Origin: Myxococcota bacterium
GTDB taxonomy: Bacteria; Myxococcota; UBA4151
Length of the DNA stretch: 46,152 nucleotides
NCBI GenBank assembly: GCA_040260805.1
Contig: JBDQPD010000013.1
Span: 1 to 46,152 of the forward strand
Direction of reading: 5' to 3'
Shown here in pieces: positions 46,151 to 46,152 of the stretch. Under the pieces are notes generated by a model, which had not been told where the DNA came from, searched no databases, and saw only the letters and a list, made by a program, of their open reading frames with translations. The position numbers and the translations under genes were made by a program. Position 1 is the stretch's first letter; the number at the start of each line of letters is the position of its first letter.

Positions 46151-46152
46151 AA

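Overview
Bacterial chromosomal window of roughly 55-65% GC. A TIGR04551-like outer-membrane protein and a Cys-rich lipoprotein suggest Myxococcota or a related deltaproteobacterial lineage, but this is inference. (1) 1-2135 is a lower-GC accessory patch directly downstream of glmS. It holds a recombinase-domain fragment whose 3' end is duplicated about 600 bp later, small hypothetical genes and a YD-like repeat lipoprotein. (2) 2168-15422 is housekeeping: glmS, glmU, divergent apbE, an ABC-F ATPase, a Cys-rich lipoprotein, folK, dapB, dapA, argH, the OM protein and mce. (3) 15444-46152 is an apparently intact minus-strand flagellar supercluster running off the window edge: fliO-P-Q-R, flhB-A-F-G, fliA, fliJ, flgF-G-A-H-I-J, flgM-N-K-L, csrA, fliW, four short flagellins interleaved with fliD/fliS/flaG/fliT, a Maf-pseB-pseC glycosylation module and a PilZ protein. 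Most notable: a PilZ domain with internally permuted strand order; GGA-loop (CsrA-type) hairpins in all four flagellin leaders and the flgM leader; a ~400-nt structured GGA-rich spacer between two flagellins; a repeated non-canonical sigma28-like promoter (TAAA-N16-GTCGTTG); a codon-usage mosaic fliD; and a full flagellar system in a genome with myxobacterial hallmarks. All calls are by eye; no searches were run.
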